DNA of 64,000 bases from Eledone cirrhosa (Eukaryota). Under the pieces are notes generated by a model. It was not told where the DNA came from. It saw only the letters and a program-made list of their open reading frames with translations, and did no database searches. Positions within the stretch are counted from its first letter, which is position 1; each line of letters starts with the position of its first letter. This document shows, one piece after another, positions 1 through 13,877 of the stretch. The stretch covers positions 36,952,001 to 37,016,000 of the forward strand of contig OZ024750.1 of the NCBI GenBank assembly GCA_964016885.1, written 5' to 3'. Both the position numbers and the translations under genes were made by a program.

Positions 1-3000
1 ACAGTGTCTTGGGTGAGAGGAGAAGTCACTATCACAGTGACTTGGGTGAGAGGAGAAGTCATTATGCCAGTGTCTTGGGTGAGAGGAGAAGTCACTATCA
101 CAGTGTCTTGGGTGAGAGAAGTCGCTCTCACAGTGTCTTGGGTGAGAGGAGAAGTCATTATACCAGTGTCTTGGGTGAGAGGAGAAGTCATTATCACAGT
201 GTCTTTGGTGAGAGAAGTCGCTCTCACAGTGTCTTGGGTGAGAGAAGTCACTATCACAGTGACTTGGGTGAGAGGAGAAGTCATTATCACAGTGACTTGG
301 GTGAGAGGAGAAGTCACTATCACAGTGTCTTGGGTGAGAGAAGTCACTATCACAGTGACTTGGGTGAGAGGAGAAGTCACTATCACAGTGTCTTGGGTGA
401 GAGGAGAAGTCACTATCACAGTGTCTTGGGTGAGAGAAGTCACTATCACAGTGACTTGGGTGAGAGGAGAAGTCATTATCACAGTGTCTTGGGTGAGAGA
501 AGTCACTATCACAGTGTCTTGGGTGAGAGGAGAAGTCACTATCACAGTGTCTTGGGTGAGAGAAGTCATTATCACAGTGTCTTGGGTGAGAGAAGAAGTC
601 ATTATCACAGTGTCTTGGGTGAGAGAAGTCACTATCACAGTGTCTTGGGTGAGAGGAGAAGTCATTATCACAGTGTCTTGGGTGAGAGGAGAAGTCATTA
701 TCACAGTGTCTTGGGTGAGAGGAGAAGTCACTATCACAGTGTCTTGGGTGAGAGGAGAAGTCACTATCACAGTGACTTGGGTGAGAGGAGAAGTCATTAT
801 GCCAGTGTCTTGGGTGAGAGGAGAAGTCATTATCACAGTGTCTTGGGTGAGAGAAGAAGTCATTATCACAGTGTCTTGGGTGACAGAAGTCACTATCACA
901 GTGACTTGGGTGAGAGGAGAAGTCATTATGCCAGTGTCTTGGGTGAGAGGAGAAGTCACTATCACAGTGTCTTGGGTGAGAGAAGAAGTCATTATCACAG
1001 TGTCTTGGGTGAGAGAAGTCATTATCACAGTGTCTTGGGTGAGAGGAGAAGTCACTATCACAGTGTCTTGGGTGAGAGGAGAAGTCACTATCACAGTGAC
1101 TTGGGTGAGAGGAGAAGTCATTATGCCAGTGTCTTGGGTGAGAGGAGAAGTCATTATGCCAGTGTCTTGGGTGAGAGGAAAAGTCACTATCACAGTGTCT
1201 TGGGTGAGAGAAGTCACTATCACAGTGTCTTGGGTGAGAGGAGAAGTCACTATCACAGTGTCTTGGGTGAGAGGAGAAGTCACTATCACAGTGTCTTGGG
1301 TGAGAGAAGTCACTATCACAGTGTCTTGGGTGAGAGAAGTCACTATCACAGTGACTTGGGTGAGAGGAGAAGTCATTATCACAGTGACTTGGGTGAGAGG
1401 AGAAGTCACTATCACAGTGTCTTGGGTGAGAGGAGAAGTCACTATCACAGTGTCTTGGGTGAGAGGAGAAGTCATTATCACAGTGTCTTGGGTGAGAGGA
1501 GAAGTCACTATCACAGTGTCTTGGGTGAGAGGAGAAGTCACTATCACAGTGTCTTGGGTGAGAGAAGTCATTATCACAGTGTCTTGGGTGAGAGAAGAAG
1601 TCATTATCACAGTGTCTTGGGTGAGAGAAGTCACTATCACAGTGTCTTGGGTGAGAGGAGAAGTCATTATCACAGTGTCTTGGGTGAGAGGAGAAGTCAT
1701 TATCACAGTGTCTTGGGTGAGAGGAGAAGTCACTATCACAGTGTCTTGGGTGAGAGGAGAAGTCACTATCACAGTGACTTGGGTGAGAGGAGAAGTCATT
1801 ATGCCAGTGTCTTGGGTGAGAGGAGAAGTCACTATCACAGTGTCTTGGGTGAGAGAAGTCGCTCTCACAGTGTCTTGGGTGAGAGGAGAAGTCATTATAC
1901 CAGTGTCTTGGGTGAGAGGAGAAGTCATTATCACAGTGTCTTTGGTGAGAGAAGTCGCTCTCACAGTGTCTTGGGTGAGAGAAGTCACTATCACAGTGAC
2001 TTGGGTGAGAGGAGAAGTCATTATCACAGTGACTTGGGTGAGAGGAGAAGTCACTATCACAGTGTCTTGGGTGAGAGAAGTCACTATCACAGTGACTTGG
2101 GTGAGAGGAGAAGTCACTATCACAGTGTCTTGGGTGAGAGGAGAAGTCACTATCACAGTGTCTTGGGTGAGAGAAGTCACTATCACAGTGACTTGGGTGA
2201 GAGGAGAAGTCATTATCACAGTGTCTTGGGTGAGAGAAGTCACTATCACAGTGTCTTGGGTGAGAGGAGAAGTCACTATCACAGTGTCTTGGGTGAGAGA
2301 AGTCATTATCACAGTGTCTTGGGTGAGAGAAGAAGTCATTATCACAGTGTCTTGGGTGAGAGAAGTCACTATCACAGTGTCTTGGGTGAGAGGAGAAGTC
2401 ATTATCACAGTGTCTTGGGTGAGAGAAGAAGTCATTATCACAGTGTCTTGGGTGAGAGAAGTCACTATCACAGTGACTTGGGTGAGAGGAGAAGTCATTA
2501 TGCCAGTGTCTTGGGTGAGAGGAGAAGTCACTATCACAGTGTCTTGGGTGAGAGAAGAAGTCATTATCACAGTGTCTTGGGTGAGAGAAGTCATTATCAC
2601 AGTGTCTTGGGTGAGAGGAGAAGTCACTATCACAGTGTCTTGGGTGAGAGGAGAAGTCACTATCACAGTGACTTGGGTGAGAGGAGAAGTCATTATGCCA
2701 GTGTCTTGGGTGAGAGGAAAAGTCACTATCACAGTGTCTTGGGTGAGAGAAGTCACTATCACAGTGTCTTGGGTGAGAGGAGAAGTCACTATCACAGTGT
2801 CTTGGGTGAGAGGAGAAGTCACTATCACAGTGACTTGGGTGAGAGGAGAAGTCACTATCACAGTGACTTGGGTGAGAGGAGAAGTCATTATGCCAGTGTC
2901 TTGGGTGAGAGGAGAAGTCATTATGCCAGTGTCTTGGGTGAGAGGAAAAGTCACTATCACAGTGTCTTGGGTGAGAGAAGTCACTATCACAGTGACTTGG

Positions 3001-4578
3001 GTGAGAGGAGAAGTCACTATCACAGTGTCTTGGGTGAGAGGAGAAGTCATTATCACAGTGTCTTGGGTGAGAGAAGTCACTATCACAGTGTCTTGGGTGA
3101 GAGAAGTCACTATCACAGTGACTTGGGTGAGAGGAGAAGTCACTATCACAGTGTCTTGGGTGAGAGAAGTCACTATCACAGTGACTTGGGTGAGAGGAGA
3201 AGTCACTATCACAGTGTCTTGGGTGAGAGGAGAAGTCATTATCACAGTGTCTTGGGTGAGAGAAGTCATTATCACAGTGTCTTGGGTGAGAGAAGAAGTC
3301 ATTATCACAGTGTCTTGGGTGAGAGGAGAAGTCACTATCACAGTGTCTTGGGTGAGAGAAGTCACTATCACAGTGACTTGGGTGAGAGGAGAAGTCACTA
3401 TCACAGTGTCTTGGGTGAGAGGAGAAGTCATTATCACAGTGTCTTGGGTGAGAGAAGTCATTATCACAGTGTCTTGGGTGAGAGGAGAAGTCATTATCAC
3501 AGTGTCTTGGGTGAGAGGAGAAGTCACTATCACAGTGTCTTGGGTGAGAGGAGAAGTCATTATCACAGTGTCTTGGGTGAGAGGAGAAGTCATTATCACA
3601 GTGTCTTGGGTGAGAGAAGTCATTATCACAGTGTCTTGGGTGAGAGAAGAAGTCATTATCACAGTGTCTTGGGTGAGAGGAGAAGTCACTATCACAGTGT
3701 CTTGGGTGAGAGAAGTCACTATCACAGTGACTTGGGTGAGAGGAGAAGTCACTATCACAGTGTCTTGGGTGAGAGGAGAAGTCATTATCACAGTGTCTTG
3801 GGTGAGAGAAGTCATTATCACAGTGTCTTGGGTGAGAGAAGAAGTCATTATCACAGTGTCTTGGGTGAGAGGAGAAGTCACTATCACAGTGTCTTGGGTG
3901 AGAGGAGAAGTCATTATCACAGTGTCTTGGGTGAGAGAAGTCATTATCACAGTGTCTTGGGTGAGAGAAGAAGTCATTATCACAGTGACTTGGGTGAGAG
4001 AAGAAGTCACTATCACAGTGTCTTGGGTGAGAGGAGAAGTCATTATCACAGTGTCTTGGGTGAGAGGAGAAGTCATTATCACAGTGACTTGGGTGAGAGA
4101 AGTCACTATCACAGTGTCTTGGGTGAGAGGAGAAGTCATTATCACAGTGTCTTGGGTGAGAGGAGAAGTCATTATCACAGTGTCTTGGGTGAGAGAAGTC
4201 ACTATCACAGTGTCTTGGGTGAGAGGAGAAGTCATTATCACAGTGTCTTGGGTGAGAGGAGAAGTCATTATCACAGTGTCTTGGGTGAGAGAAGTCACTA
4301 TCACAGTGACTTGGGTGAGAGGAGAAGTCACTATCACAGTGTCTTGGGTGAGAGGAGAAGTCATTATCACAGTGTCTTGGGTGAGAGAAGTCATTATCAC
4401 AGTGTCTTGGGTGAGAGGAGAAGTCACTATCACAGTGTCTTGGGTGAGAGGAGAAGTCATTATCACAGTGTCTTGGGTGAGAGAAGTCATTATCACAGTG
4501 TCTTCGGTGAGAGAAGTCACTATCACAGTGTCTTGGGTGAGAGGAGAAGTCACTATCACGGTGTCTTGGGTGAGAGGA
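1..4578. repeat. 33/30-bp minisatellite, about 140 units, running off the window start
   Basis: Unit ACAGTGTCTTGGGTGAGAGGAGAAGTCACTATC plus a variant 3 nt shorter. Diagnostic variant units recur 1737 bp apart. Confidence 0.98.
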
Positions 4579-6914
4579 GGACTCTTACGAAAAAACAAAA
4601 ATAAAAAAAAACAAAGAACGAGCTCACATATAGAAATTGCTACACACACTAACTACCTTACAAAGGGATTAATTAAGGTGTGTAGTTGAGAGGAGTGGCA
4701 TGAGACATGAAGTAATGATGAGTAACTATTAAAACGGATTATTTATTGCTAGGGTATTAATTAAAGTAACATAATACATGAGATTTGTAATAAAGAATGC
4801 ATTAAAATAAAATCAATTGACCTTTAACTCTAGAAAAATACTTCAGCAATGCTGGTATAGTCACTGCCTCCATCACTTTCACTCTCCCCATCTCTCAATA
4901 TTATAAGCAAATGGGGGACCATGCAGTGGCTTACCCATAGAACAAGAGATTGAAGAGATGGAGGAAAAGTGGTGAGGTCAGATATTTGGACACTGGGCCT
5001 AATTGGAAATATGCTGTTTAGTAAACTCATCCAATCCATAACAACAGGGAAATCACACCAATTGAAGAAGCCTCCACATAGTTGCTCAGGCTACTAGAAA
5101 TAGCTGTCAAATTTATTTCAAATTACACTCTATCCTCTTAAAAGAAGGACGGATACATTGGAAAATATAATCCCCGATAGACAAACAGATGCAATGGTCA
5201 AAGTATAAAGATCTTTGATCATTGATATGTTCAATCAGACGTTAAAATAGTGATGATGAAATCCATCCATTAAGAAATCAAAGTATGTGCTCAACAAACC
5301 TTCTAGTTAATCTCTCAATGTGAACAGTTCTACTCGGCTCTAGAAAGGCCATAAAACAATCACTGATACTAATAAACAGCTGATGAAATGGAAAGAAATA
5401 ATAGAATCATTGACTTGATTGTTTGAACTGTAAATTTATTGGTGTGCTAGGAATAAAGTAGAGGAATTATTGGTGTAGAAAAAGTCCTTAATGCACTCAG
5501 CAATTTATTGATAAAGGATGGAAATGCTCTGGAATAACTCATTTTACTTAGCAAGTATAATTCAGTATGGATTTATTCAGATAAAGCTGTAAAATGTACT
5601 TGAAGTCATTCACTTGGTTGTATTAAAATATTGCTATAGTTAATTTATCATGATTTATAAACAGAACAAAAAAAAAGTAAGTAAAGTTTGACTTTATTCT
5701 ATGATAGATAAAATAAGTTCTACCCAATAATACTAATAATACTAAATAAATAACAATAATTTAAATTGAACTAAAATGTTAATAAAAGAAATATATTAGG
5801 ATTGAGAGTTTGAAGGTTAGTGGGTGCGTAGACTAATTGCAATAAAGAAAGACTAATGGTTAATACCTAAATCCTTATTTTGTTTCCCCATTTCCATTGA
5901 AATGTTCTCTGAAGCTTTTGAAGATTATATTTTAAAGGAAATTTGTGTAGATAGAAATTAGTGCTTCAATAATGGAGGAATGACGTTCTTTCTGTGAGGA
6001 ATTAACTAAAGTCTTTCCTATTGATTGAGCAATTACCGTAGATGAGAATAACTGAAGCAGCATCAAGGATGAGGATGAAAATGACGGCAGTATTGTTAAT
6101 CTAGCAACAGATGAAGCTAGATATTATAGTTATAGTATTTTTATTTTCTTAGCTTTTATCTACAAAATGATGAATTTACGAGACCAGATAATCCCAAATA
6201 TTTTCTGACAAATCGATGCCAAAAGGTGATCACTGAACAGGAAAATATTACATTGATTAAATAGTTCTTTTGAAGACAAAGAATGTTTTATTTTCGTAGA
6301 TTGTCATTTTCTATATGAAAGAAAGAAAATATATTTATCTTTAAATAAAAATAAGTAATACCAAAAGTGGAAAATCATGGTTTTAGTTCCTTAGAAGTCT
6401 GTAAGATTTCAGAATGATTGCAGCTATTCAGAAAATAAGTGGCATCATATTTTCCTTAATATAACTATTAGTACTATAATAAAGATAAAAGTAAAATACA
6501 GTAGGCAGAAACTAGAAAATGGGTAGGTAGAAAATAAATATTATATCAAGTGAGTGCATAAGAGATGTAAAGAGTTTACAGGCAGACTAACAAAAAAAAA
6601 AAAAAAAGATATTTTGTGTGTAGCAGATGTAGAGATGGTTAGTAGTGAGTAAACACACCAGTGAAATAAATTATTTCCAAATCAAGAAAGGCTTCATAGA
6701 AGTAGTTGATAGCTTCTGTTACCTAGATGATTAAATTAGTAGTGGAGGAGTGTTCTCCAAAAACATAGTAGCCCCAATAAGAACAGGATAGGAAAAGTTT
6801 AGGTAATAAAAGGAATAAAAGGATTCCCTCTTTGAGTGAAGAGTGGATTATATGATGCCTATGTGCAAAGTGCAATGTTGCATGGTTAGTGAAACAAGGA
6901 TAGTGAATACAGAG

Positions 6915-7262
6915 GGTGTGCAAATATATTGAAGGAAATGAAGCTGGCATGCTCCATTGGATATGTAACATTTGTGGACAAAATGCTGATGAGTTGAAAA
7001 ATAAACTAGGTATAACTGGAATAAGATGTGTGCAAAAGAGGAGATTGCTCTGGTACAGACATATAATGCATGTGGATGGAAATCCTTGGGCGAAGAAGTG
7101 CCAGGAGTTCCAAGTGGAATGAAGCTGCAAAAGAGGATGACCAAGGAGAATTTAGGCAGAATTGGTGAGAGATGATAAAAGAATGAGACAAGTGCATGAA
7201 ACTGTGTTGGAGAAGAGTTGTCCAGCCCATGCAAGTATTAAAAGTCAGATGTTAAAACAATA
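6915..7262 (+). mobile_element. Decayed RTE-clade LINE 3' fragment
   Basis: Translates to EAGMLHWICN...LKNKLGITGIRCVQKRRLLWYRHIMHV, homologous to the other RTE C-termini in the window, and ends in the shared CCCATGC...GTTAAA tail. Confidence 0.8.
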
Positions 7263-7445
7263 ACTGATAATCTATCAATGTTGATGATATGAAAAGAGAA
7301 ACAATATTTCAATCTGGAAATGAAAGTCCAGGAAAAAATATAATAGAGTATTTAAACCTGGAAATCACTGATCCCCTGGTATGGAATACAAAAACTTTAT
7401 TCTCAATTGGTCAGGGGTGATATACTCACCACAAGAATGTAATAC

Positions 7446-7620
7446 TGTTATGATGTTGTGACACACCTGTTTTGTATATCTCAAAACGAGGGTAACACCC
7501 ACGGTGTAATTCCGAGAAACTACAATGAGTCCCCGTACGGGGACTTCAGTTCTTATTTATATAGTTTCGCCTAGTCCACTTTTAGTTAGGCGTGGGTATT
7601 CAGGGTTTTTCCCCACAACA
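7446..7620 (-). mobile_element. Solo LTR, 175 bp
   Basis: TGTT...AACA termini with a 5-bp TSD AATAC (7441-7445 and 7621-7625). TATATAAA on the minus strand near 7555-7562. Inserted in a degenerate ~55-bp tandem repeat. Confidence 0.7.
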
Positions 7621-8749
7621 AATACAAAACTTTAATCTTGATTGGTTAGTGTTGATATACTCCCCACAAGAATGTAATACAAAACCTTATTCCTGTTAGT
7701 CATTAGTGGAATACTCACCTCAAGAATGTAATTTTGATTGGTCAATGACAGAAATATCCCCAAAAGTATATAGTGTTTATGAAATTAACCGATGTTGTGT
7801 TGTCTAGTTACAATACAAGTCAGGTTAATTATAGTTGTCACTGCTTCCTCGATGAAACAAAAATGAATTCTTCTTGTATCAAAGTGCCATCTTTTAGAAT
7901 TTAAAGAAGGAACATCAGGGAATAAACAATTTTTTTTTAGGTATATTGTTTTTGTTGTAGAATTTTTATCTCAATCTTTATTTCCTGTTAATAAACATCT
8001 GCCTCATTGTATTTTTTTCATTTTTGTTAGTATGTGAATTATTTTAAACTAGGCAGCACAAGCCTTTAATTTTAGACAGGTGGAAAAATATGATGTTGAG
8101 ATGTTCATGAGTTTCTGACAAGTATTAATCAGATAAATAACAGATACATATCTTAATCAAAACCTTACTTCTTAATTTATATTACAAGCCTTCTTTTACA
8201 AGTATATGGAGATTTGCTTTAATAGACATAAATTGCTTGTCTTCTTCATGAAATATATGTGTTTACGTGTCATAAGCAGAAACTAGTCTTGATAATGAAG
8301 AGTTTGAATGCTAACATATCTGATAGATTCTATTATGTTGGCTTAGCCATTTATCTTTCTAGATTTAATAAATTGAGTGATACTTTCTTACTGGGATAAT
8401 GAAACAATAAATCATATTGTGATTTCATGTTGATTCTATGGATTAATTTCCAGGAAATCAATAAATTGTTTTTAAGTTACTCATTGTTTTATCCTATCAT
8501 ATTGGGAGTAGTCAGTATCGGTTTTAACTCGAAATTGCTTTCAACATTTTAGATGCATATTTCAGGGTTAAATTAAACATGGATCACTAAACTACTGGCT
8601 TTATTATACAAACAAAAACAAACACAATAATCAACTTTGTTTAAGAGAACAATTCAGTGTCTGTAAAAGAAATTGAATTTAGAACAAATATATTTCTGTA
8701 TTATACCAACATAGACTGTATTATATTACTGTACCAACATAGACTTGTT

Positions 8750-10770
8750 CATGAGAGCCAAGGTATTTAAAGTTCTCGGTCCTTTTCATGGATGTGTTAT
8801 TGAGTGATTTCAAATCAGATGCTTCAGGGGAGGTTGTGATATATTCTGTCTTACTCTCATTACAACAGCGACCGACCTGATTTGCTGCCTGCTTAAGTGA
8901 TTGCAGCAGGGATTCTACGTCCTTTATAGATTAAGAAATCAGGGCAAGATCATCGATAAAATCTAGGTCAGTCAGGTATTGTGCAGAGTTGTAGCTGCTC
9001 TGGCGACATTTCAGAAAGAGTCCCTTCTCATTGTAGAACTCCTGCTTTTACTTCAAAGGATTCAGTCTTGCCGTCAGGTGATACAACGGTGACAGTGGTC
9101 GTTTTGTACAGAGCTTTCAAGTGCCTCAACATTTCTAGAAGAGATTCCGTAGAGTTTAAGTATTTTAAACATAAGATCTCTACTGATAGAATCAAATGCC
9201 TTGTGAAAGTCGACAAAACAGATCGTGATCTCCCTGTTGAGTTTTTTCGTTTCTTCCAGTATGCAGTGAATAGAGAGAATTTGAGCAGTTGTTGTCCTGC
9301 CTCTTCTAAATCCATTCTTGTTCTTGCGAAGTATAGGATCAAGGGCAGGGACAATCCTGTTTAACAGAAGCTTGTTGTAGGCTTTTGCCACAATTGGCAT
9401 GAGAGTTATACCCCTATAATTGGCTGCACTTGTTAGATCACCCTTTTGGGGGACAGTGATTATTCCACCCTTCAGTCAGGCTGAAGGAGGTGAGTGATGT
9501 ATGATAGTGTGGTTGCAGAACTCAAGAAGGAGGTCATGAAAAGTTGGATCTTTCCACAGAAGTGTTGGTAAATTGTCAAGATCTGGAGATTTGTTGTTGG
9601 CGAATTCTTTGAGGGTCGTTTTGAGTTCATCGATCGTAAATGGATTGGTATTGATATCCAGGGTACTGGATATTTGATACAGAGGGAGTGGCAGGCCACT
9701 GTTCTGTGGGGGTTCTCCAAGGAGTTTCTGAAAGTGGTGGAGCCACATTTGAGCCGGATAGATGGTATTGATTTTCTCCCAGAAAGTGTGTTTATTGTTT
9801 TCCAGGCTGCAGCATGTTGTTTCGCTGCATGCAGGCTTGCAATCTTATTGATACCCCTAGCATTCGTTTTGGCATAGGCCTCGTTCGTTTTGGCATAGGC
9901 CTCATCGAGTTTTTGAAGGCACCTCCGGTCGGTCTTTGTTCATATATCAGTTTGACTGTTTGCAGATCTTTTCTTGCATTCCTCACACGAACATCCGAGT
10001 TGATGGCAGTACGTTTTGTTTTTTCTTTCTTTGGTAGTTTTGAGAGTGCAATTTCTTCTGTGGCTGAAATAAGGTTGTTGTATCATGCTTCAATATCGTC
10101 GGACTCACTAGAGAGAGCTTCGAAACAATTCTTAACATCTACAGCAAAGGAGTGCCTCAAGGTTCTGTTTGAGGATACTTTTGTCCAGTCCTCTTGTTTC
10201 GTGGGGGTTATGCTTTGGTGGTTTAGAAGACCTTAGGCTAAGGGCGGCATGTATGGAAACAACTCTATGATCAGAGCCAACTGAGGAGAAGGACGAGTAT
10301 GCCTGGGCGTTACGAACACTGTTCTCCCATTTGTTTCTCACAAGAATATAATCAATTTGTGAACAGGAACCTGATCGGTTTTGAAGTCCACAGACGGTTT
10401 GAATTTTTCATGAACCTGGTGTTTATAATTTGGAGCTGGAACTTGTCAGCAAAGTCCCAAAGTGTTTCTCCATTTTGATTTGTTAAATTATTATACGAGA
10501 ATGGAGCTTCACATTTGCCTATTTGGCGATTAAAGTCCCCTGCAATGTAAAGGAAATTGTGGGGGCGGACACTTTCTGTTACTCCCTTCAGATCAAAGTA
10601 GAAGTTGTCTACTAGCTTTGCGTCACTTGTGTTGATTGGTCAGGTCACCCTCGAGTGTTACTGGTAACATGTAACCCATTACAACCTGTCGCATGGTCGG
10701 GTCGTCAGCAACTAAACTGGCAATGCCCTGCACGACAAAAAACAAAACCTGACAAAGAGTGGAAGTACCG
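8750..10770 (-). mobile_element. Disrupted non-LTR retrotransposon (APE endonuclease plus RT, RTE/RTE-X-like)
   Basis: APE motifs AGDFN and YSSFSSVGSDHRVV. RT motifs GFRRGRTTTAQI, FVDFHKAFDSI, GVLQ, FIDDLAL and ENFKYLGS. Frameshifts and internal deletions. Confidence 0.92.
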
Positions 10771-10844
10771 CATGTACCACATGTATCACATGTAGCACAA
10801 TAGTCTTATACCAAGGTCAATTGACTCTGTTATTCCAATGTACC

Positions 10845-11815
10845 ACAATACATGTGTCTGTGTGTTTGTGTTCGTATCTGTTTGTTTTTGTGTATCTGTG
10901 TCTATGTCTGTGTGTCTTTCTATATATGTGTGCATGTTAGTCTGTGTGTGTATGTGCCTGCATGAGTTCATAAGTGTATGCATGTGTCTGTATCTGCATC
11001 CGTCTGTCTACGTGTGTGTCTGTGTGTGTCTGTGTCTGCCTGTGTCTCTGTGTGTGTCTGTGTTTGTGTGTGTCTCTGTGTATGTCTGTGTCTCTGTGTA
11101 TTCTGTGTATGTCTATGTTTGTGTGTGTTTGTGTGTGTCTCTGTGTATGTCTGTGTCTCTGTGTATGTCTGTGTTTGTGTGTATGTGTCTGTGTATGTCT
11201 GTGTCTCTGTGTATGTCTGTGTTTGTGTGTGTGTCTGTGTATGTCTGTGTATGTCTGTGTCTCTGTGTATGTCTGTGTTTGTGTGTCTGTGTATGTCTGT
11301 GTTTGTGTGTGTCTCTGTGTATGTCTGTGTTTGTCTGTGTGTCTGTGTATGTCTGTGTTTGTGTGTGTATCTGTGTCTCTGTGTGTGTCTGTGTATGTCT
11401 GTTTGTGTGTATATCTGTGTATGTCTGTCTCTGTCTGTGTATGTGTATGTCTGTTTGTGTGTATATCTGTGTATGTCTGTCTCTGTCTGTGTATGTCTGT
11501 GTTTGTGTGTGTGTATGTGTATGTCTGCGTCTGTGTTTGTGTATGTCTGTGTTTGTGTATGTCTATGGTTGTGTGTCTGTGTTTGTGTATGTGTCTGTGT
11601 ATGTCTGTGTTTGTGTGTGTGTCTGTGTATGTCTGTGTTTGTGTCTGTGTATGTCTATGTGTGTGTGTCTGTGTTTGTGTGTGTGTCTGTGTGTGTGTTT
11701 GTGTATGCCTGTGTTTGTTTGTGTCTGTGTATGTCTGTGTTTGTGTGTGTGTCTCTATGTCTGTGTTTGTGTGTGTCTCTATGTCTATGTTTGTGTGTGT
11801 TTCTATGTGTGTGTG
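10845..11815. repeat. Compound (TGTGTC/TGTA/TG)n low-complexity array
   Basis: About 970 bp of TG-rich micro-repeats. Source of the C/V-rich ORFs. Confidence 0.95.
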
Positions 11816-11957
11816 CCAAAATATCTCAATAAGAACCTAATACAGATTGAAGAAGAAGGTGATCGACATTTCTAAGATAGAAACATTCTGTTTGTCTTAT
11901 AAGAAGTATACTGTAAACCATGTAAATATATCTTTAAAATTTACATCTCTTATAAAA

Positions 11958-11988
<31 letters not shown>

Positions 11989-12692
11989 GCAATAAAAAGA
12001 ACTGAGATGATAAAATAGATGAATTAATGAACAAATAACAAAATTATAGATTTATTTGTTTGTAGCAAATAAAAAAAAAAGAAAAGCAAAGATATTTTCT
12101 GAAATTGTTATATTGTTTGATTGGTTGCTAAATAAATTTCAGGCTCAGAACTTCTTTCTATAATATTATTATAGCTCAAGTATGGCTTTTGTCAATACTG
12201 TGTCATATATATCTGTGAAAGATGTTTTATCACAGAGTTTTGAGAATAGTGACAGTAACTAAGTATTTATTCTCTTTTCCAGTGTATTGTTGCAAGAAAT
12301 AAAAACAGCTAAAAGAATTGTATATATATAAAAAAAATAATTAGAAAAAAGTGAATTGAAGTTTATATACAAAGGGATATTGAATATAATAGATTCAGAG
12401 TTTTTGTGTAGATTACATTAGTGGTCTTGTAAAATAATAAAGCCGAATAGGATTACAAAATATTTCCCTCAGGCTTCAATTTATGTTTAGAAGGAAACAA
12501 AATAGAAGAAAGAATACAGATTTAGCATCTTTGGGGTTTTTTATTTAATTTTTTTAGGGTAATTTATTTTTTTTATATTTTAAACAAAATTTAGAGACTA
12601 TATTTCTTTGATGTAATGATAGTATATCTATATCACACAAGATTGATGTGGCATGATGCTGTGGCCTTAGAAACTGATTTTATTGTTATAAT

Positions 12693-12880
12693 AATTGTTT
12701 CTACTCTTGGCACAAGGCCAGCAATTACCCAGTACATTACTGGTACTTTATTTTATCGACCCCATAAGGATGAAAGGCAAAGTTAACCTCGACAGGATTT
12801 GAACTCAGACCGTAAAGGGGCGTAACTATGCTAGAAAGCATGGCGTCCGACCATCTACTGATACTGCCAATTCACCACCC
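12693..12880 (-). mobile_element. tRNA-derived SINE (family S1)
   Basis: A-box-like TGGCAGTATC and B-box GAGTTCAAATCC on the minus strand. Body GCCTTTCATCCTTA.GGGGTCGATAAAATAAAGTACCAG. Confidence 0.9.
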
Positions 12881-12894
12881 TTTTATTGTTATAA

Positions 12895-13085
12895 TAATTG
12901 TTTCTACGTTTGGCACAAGGCCAGCAATTACCCAGTGCATTACTGGTACTTTATTTTATCGACCCCATAAGGATGAAAGCCAAAGTTAACCTCGACGGGA
13001 TTTGAACTCTGACCGTAAAGGGACGTAACTCTTTGCTGCATAGCATGGCGTCCGACCCTCTACCGATACTGCCAATCCACCGCCC
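12895..13085 (-). mobile_element. tRNA-derived SINE (S1), tandem with the previous copy
   Basis: Same consensus. A TTATTGTT.TAATAAT target-like motif is repeated before, between and after the two copies. Confidence 0.9.
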
Positions 13086-13512
13086 TTATTATTGTTTTAA
13101 TAATCACATTTTCTAACACCTTCTGAAAGACAAACTGATTTGTGCTGAAGTTGGAAGAGATACAACAAATAATGAAGAAGAAAACCAACAATGATGTGGG
13201 TAGATGTGGTTGTGGCTAAATTCAAGGATAAATTATGGCACATAGAGCTTATAAATTAATTCCACATAAGAATATATACATTTAACTTTACTTGAAAATA
13301 ATTTTTATGAAACATGCGGTTATAATACTGAGATAATTGTAATTTCAATTGCATATCAACTTATATATGTATGTGAGTGTATATCATAACTCATACACTG
13401 TTCACTTTCCTGACATTCATACATTATTCTATGTACTATACATACACATTTGATGAGTTGTAGTGCACCTGAGTACTGTACACAATAATTTCATTATTAT
13501 TATTATACATCT

Positions 13513-13695
13513 GAATTGGCAGTATCGGTAGAGGGTTGGACGCCATGCTTTCTAGCATAGTTACGTCTCTTTACAGTCTGAGTTAAAATCCCGCCGAGGT
13601 TGACTTTGCCTTTCATCCTTACGGGGTCGATAAAATAAAGTACCAGTAATGCACTGGGTAATTGCTGGCCTTGTGCCTAAAGTAGAAACAATTAT
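13513..13695 (+). mobile_element. tRNA-derived SINE (S1)
   Basis: Near full-length match to the S1 consensus. Confidence 0.9.
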
Positions 13696-13833
13696 TTATT
13701 CAATGGAAATTCAGATGAACAGCATTTAGTGAATTATTGTAGCAGGTGGTGACTACAGCAGACAAACAATAAACTAATGTTACAAAACTAATATAACAAA
13801 AATGTTATATTGCCTTCTTATATATACACGAAG

Positions 13834-13868
<35 letters not shown>

Positions 13869-13877
13869 ATATAAAAG

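Noticed and set aside
1-4578. CRISPR-like array
   Set aside because: Head-to-tail repeats with no unique spacers, in a eukaryotic context.
10838-11875. Cys/Val-rich ORFs, and all YI/CV/HT-rich ORFs elsewhere
   Set aside because: Microsatellite translations.
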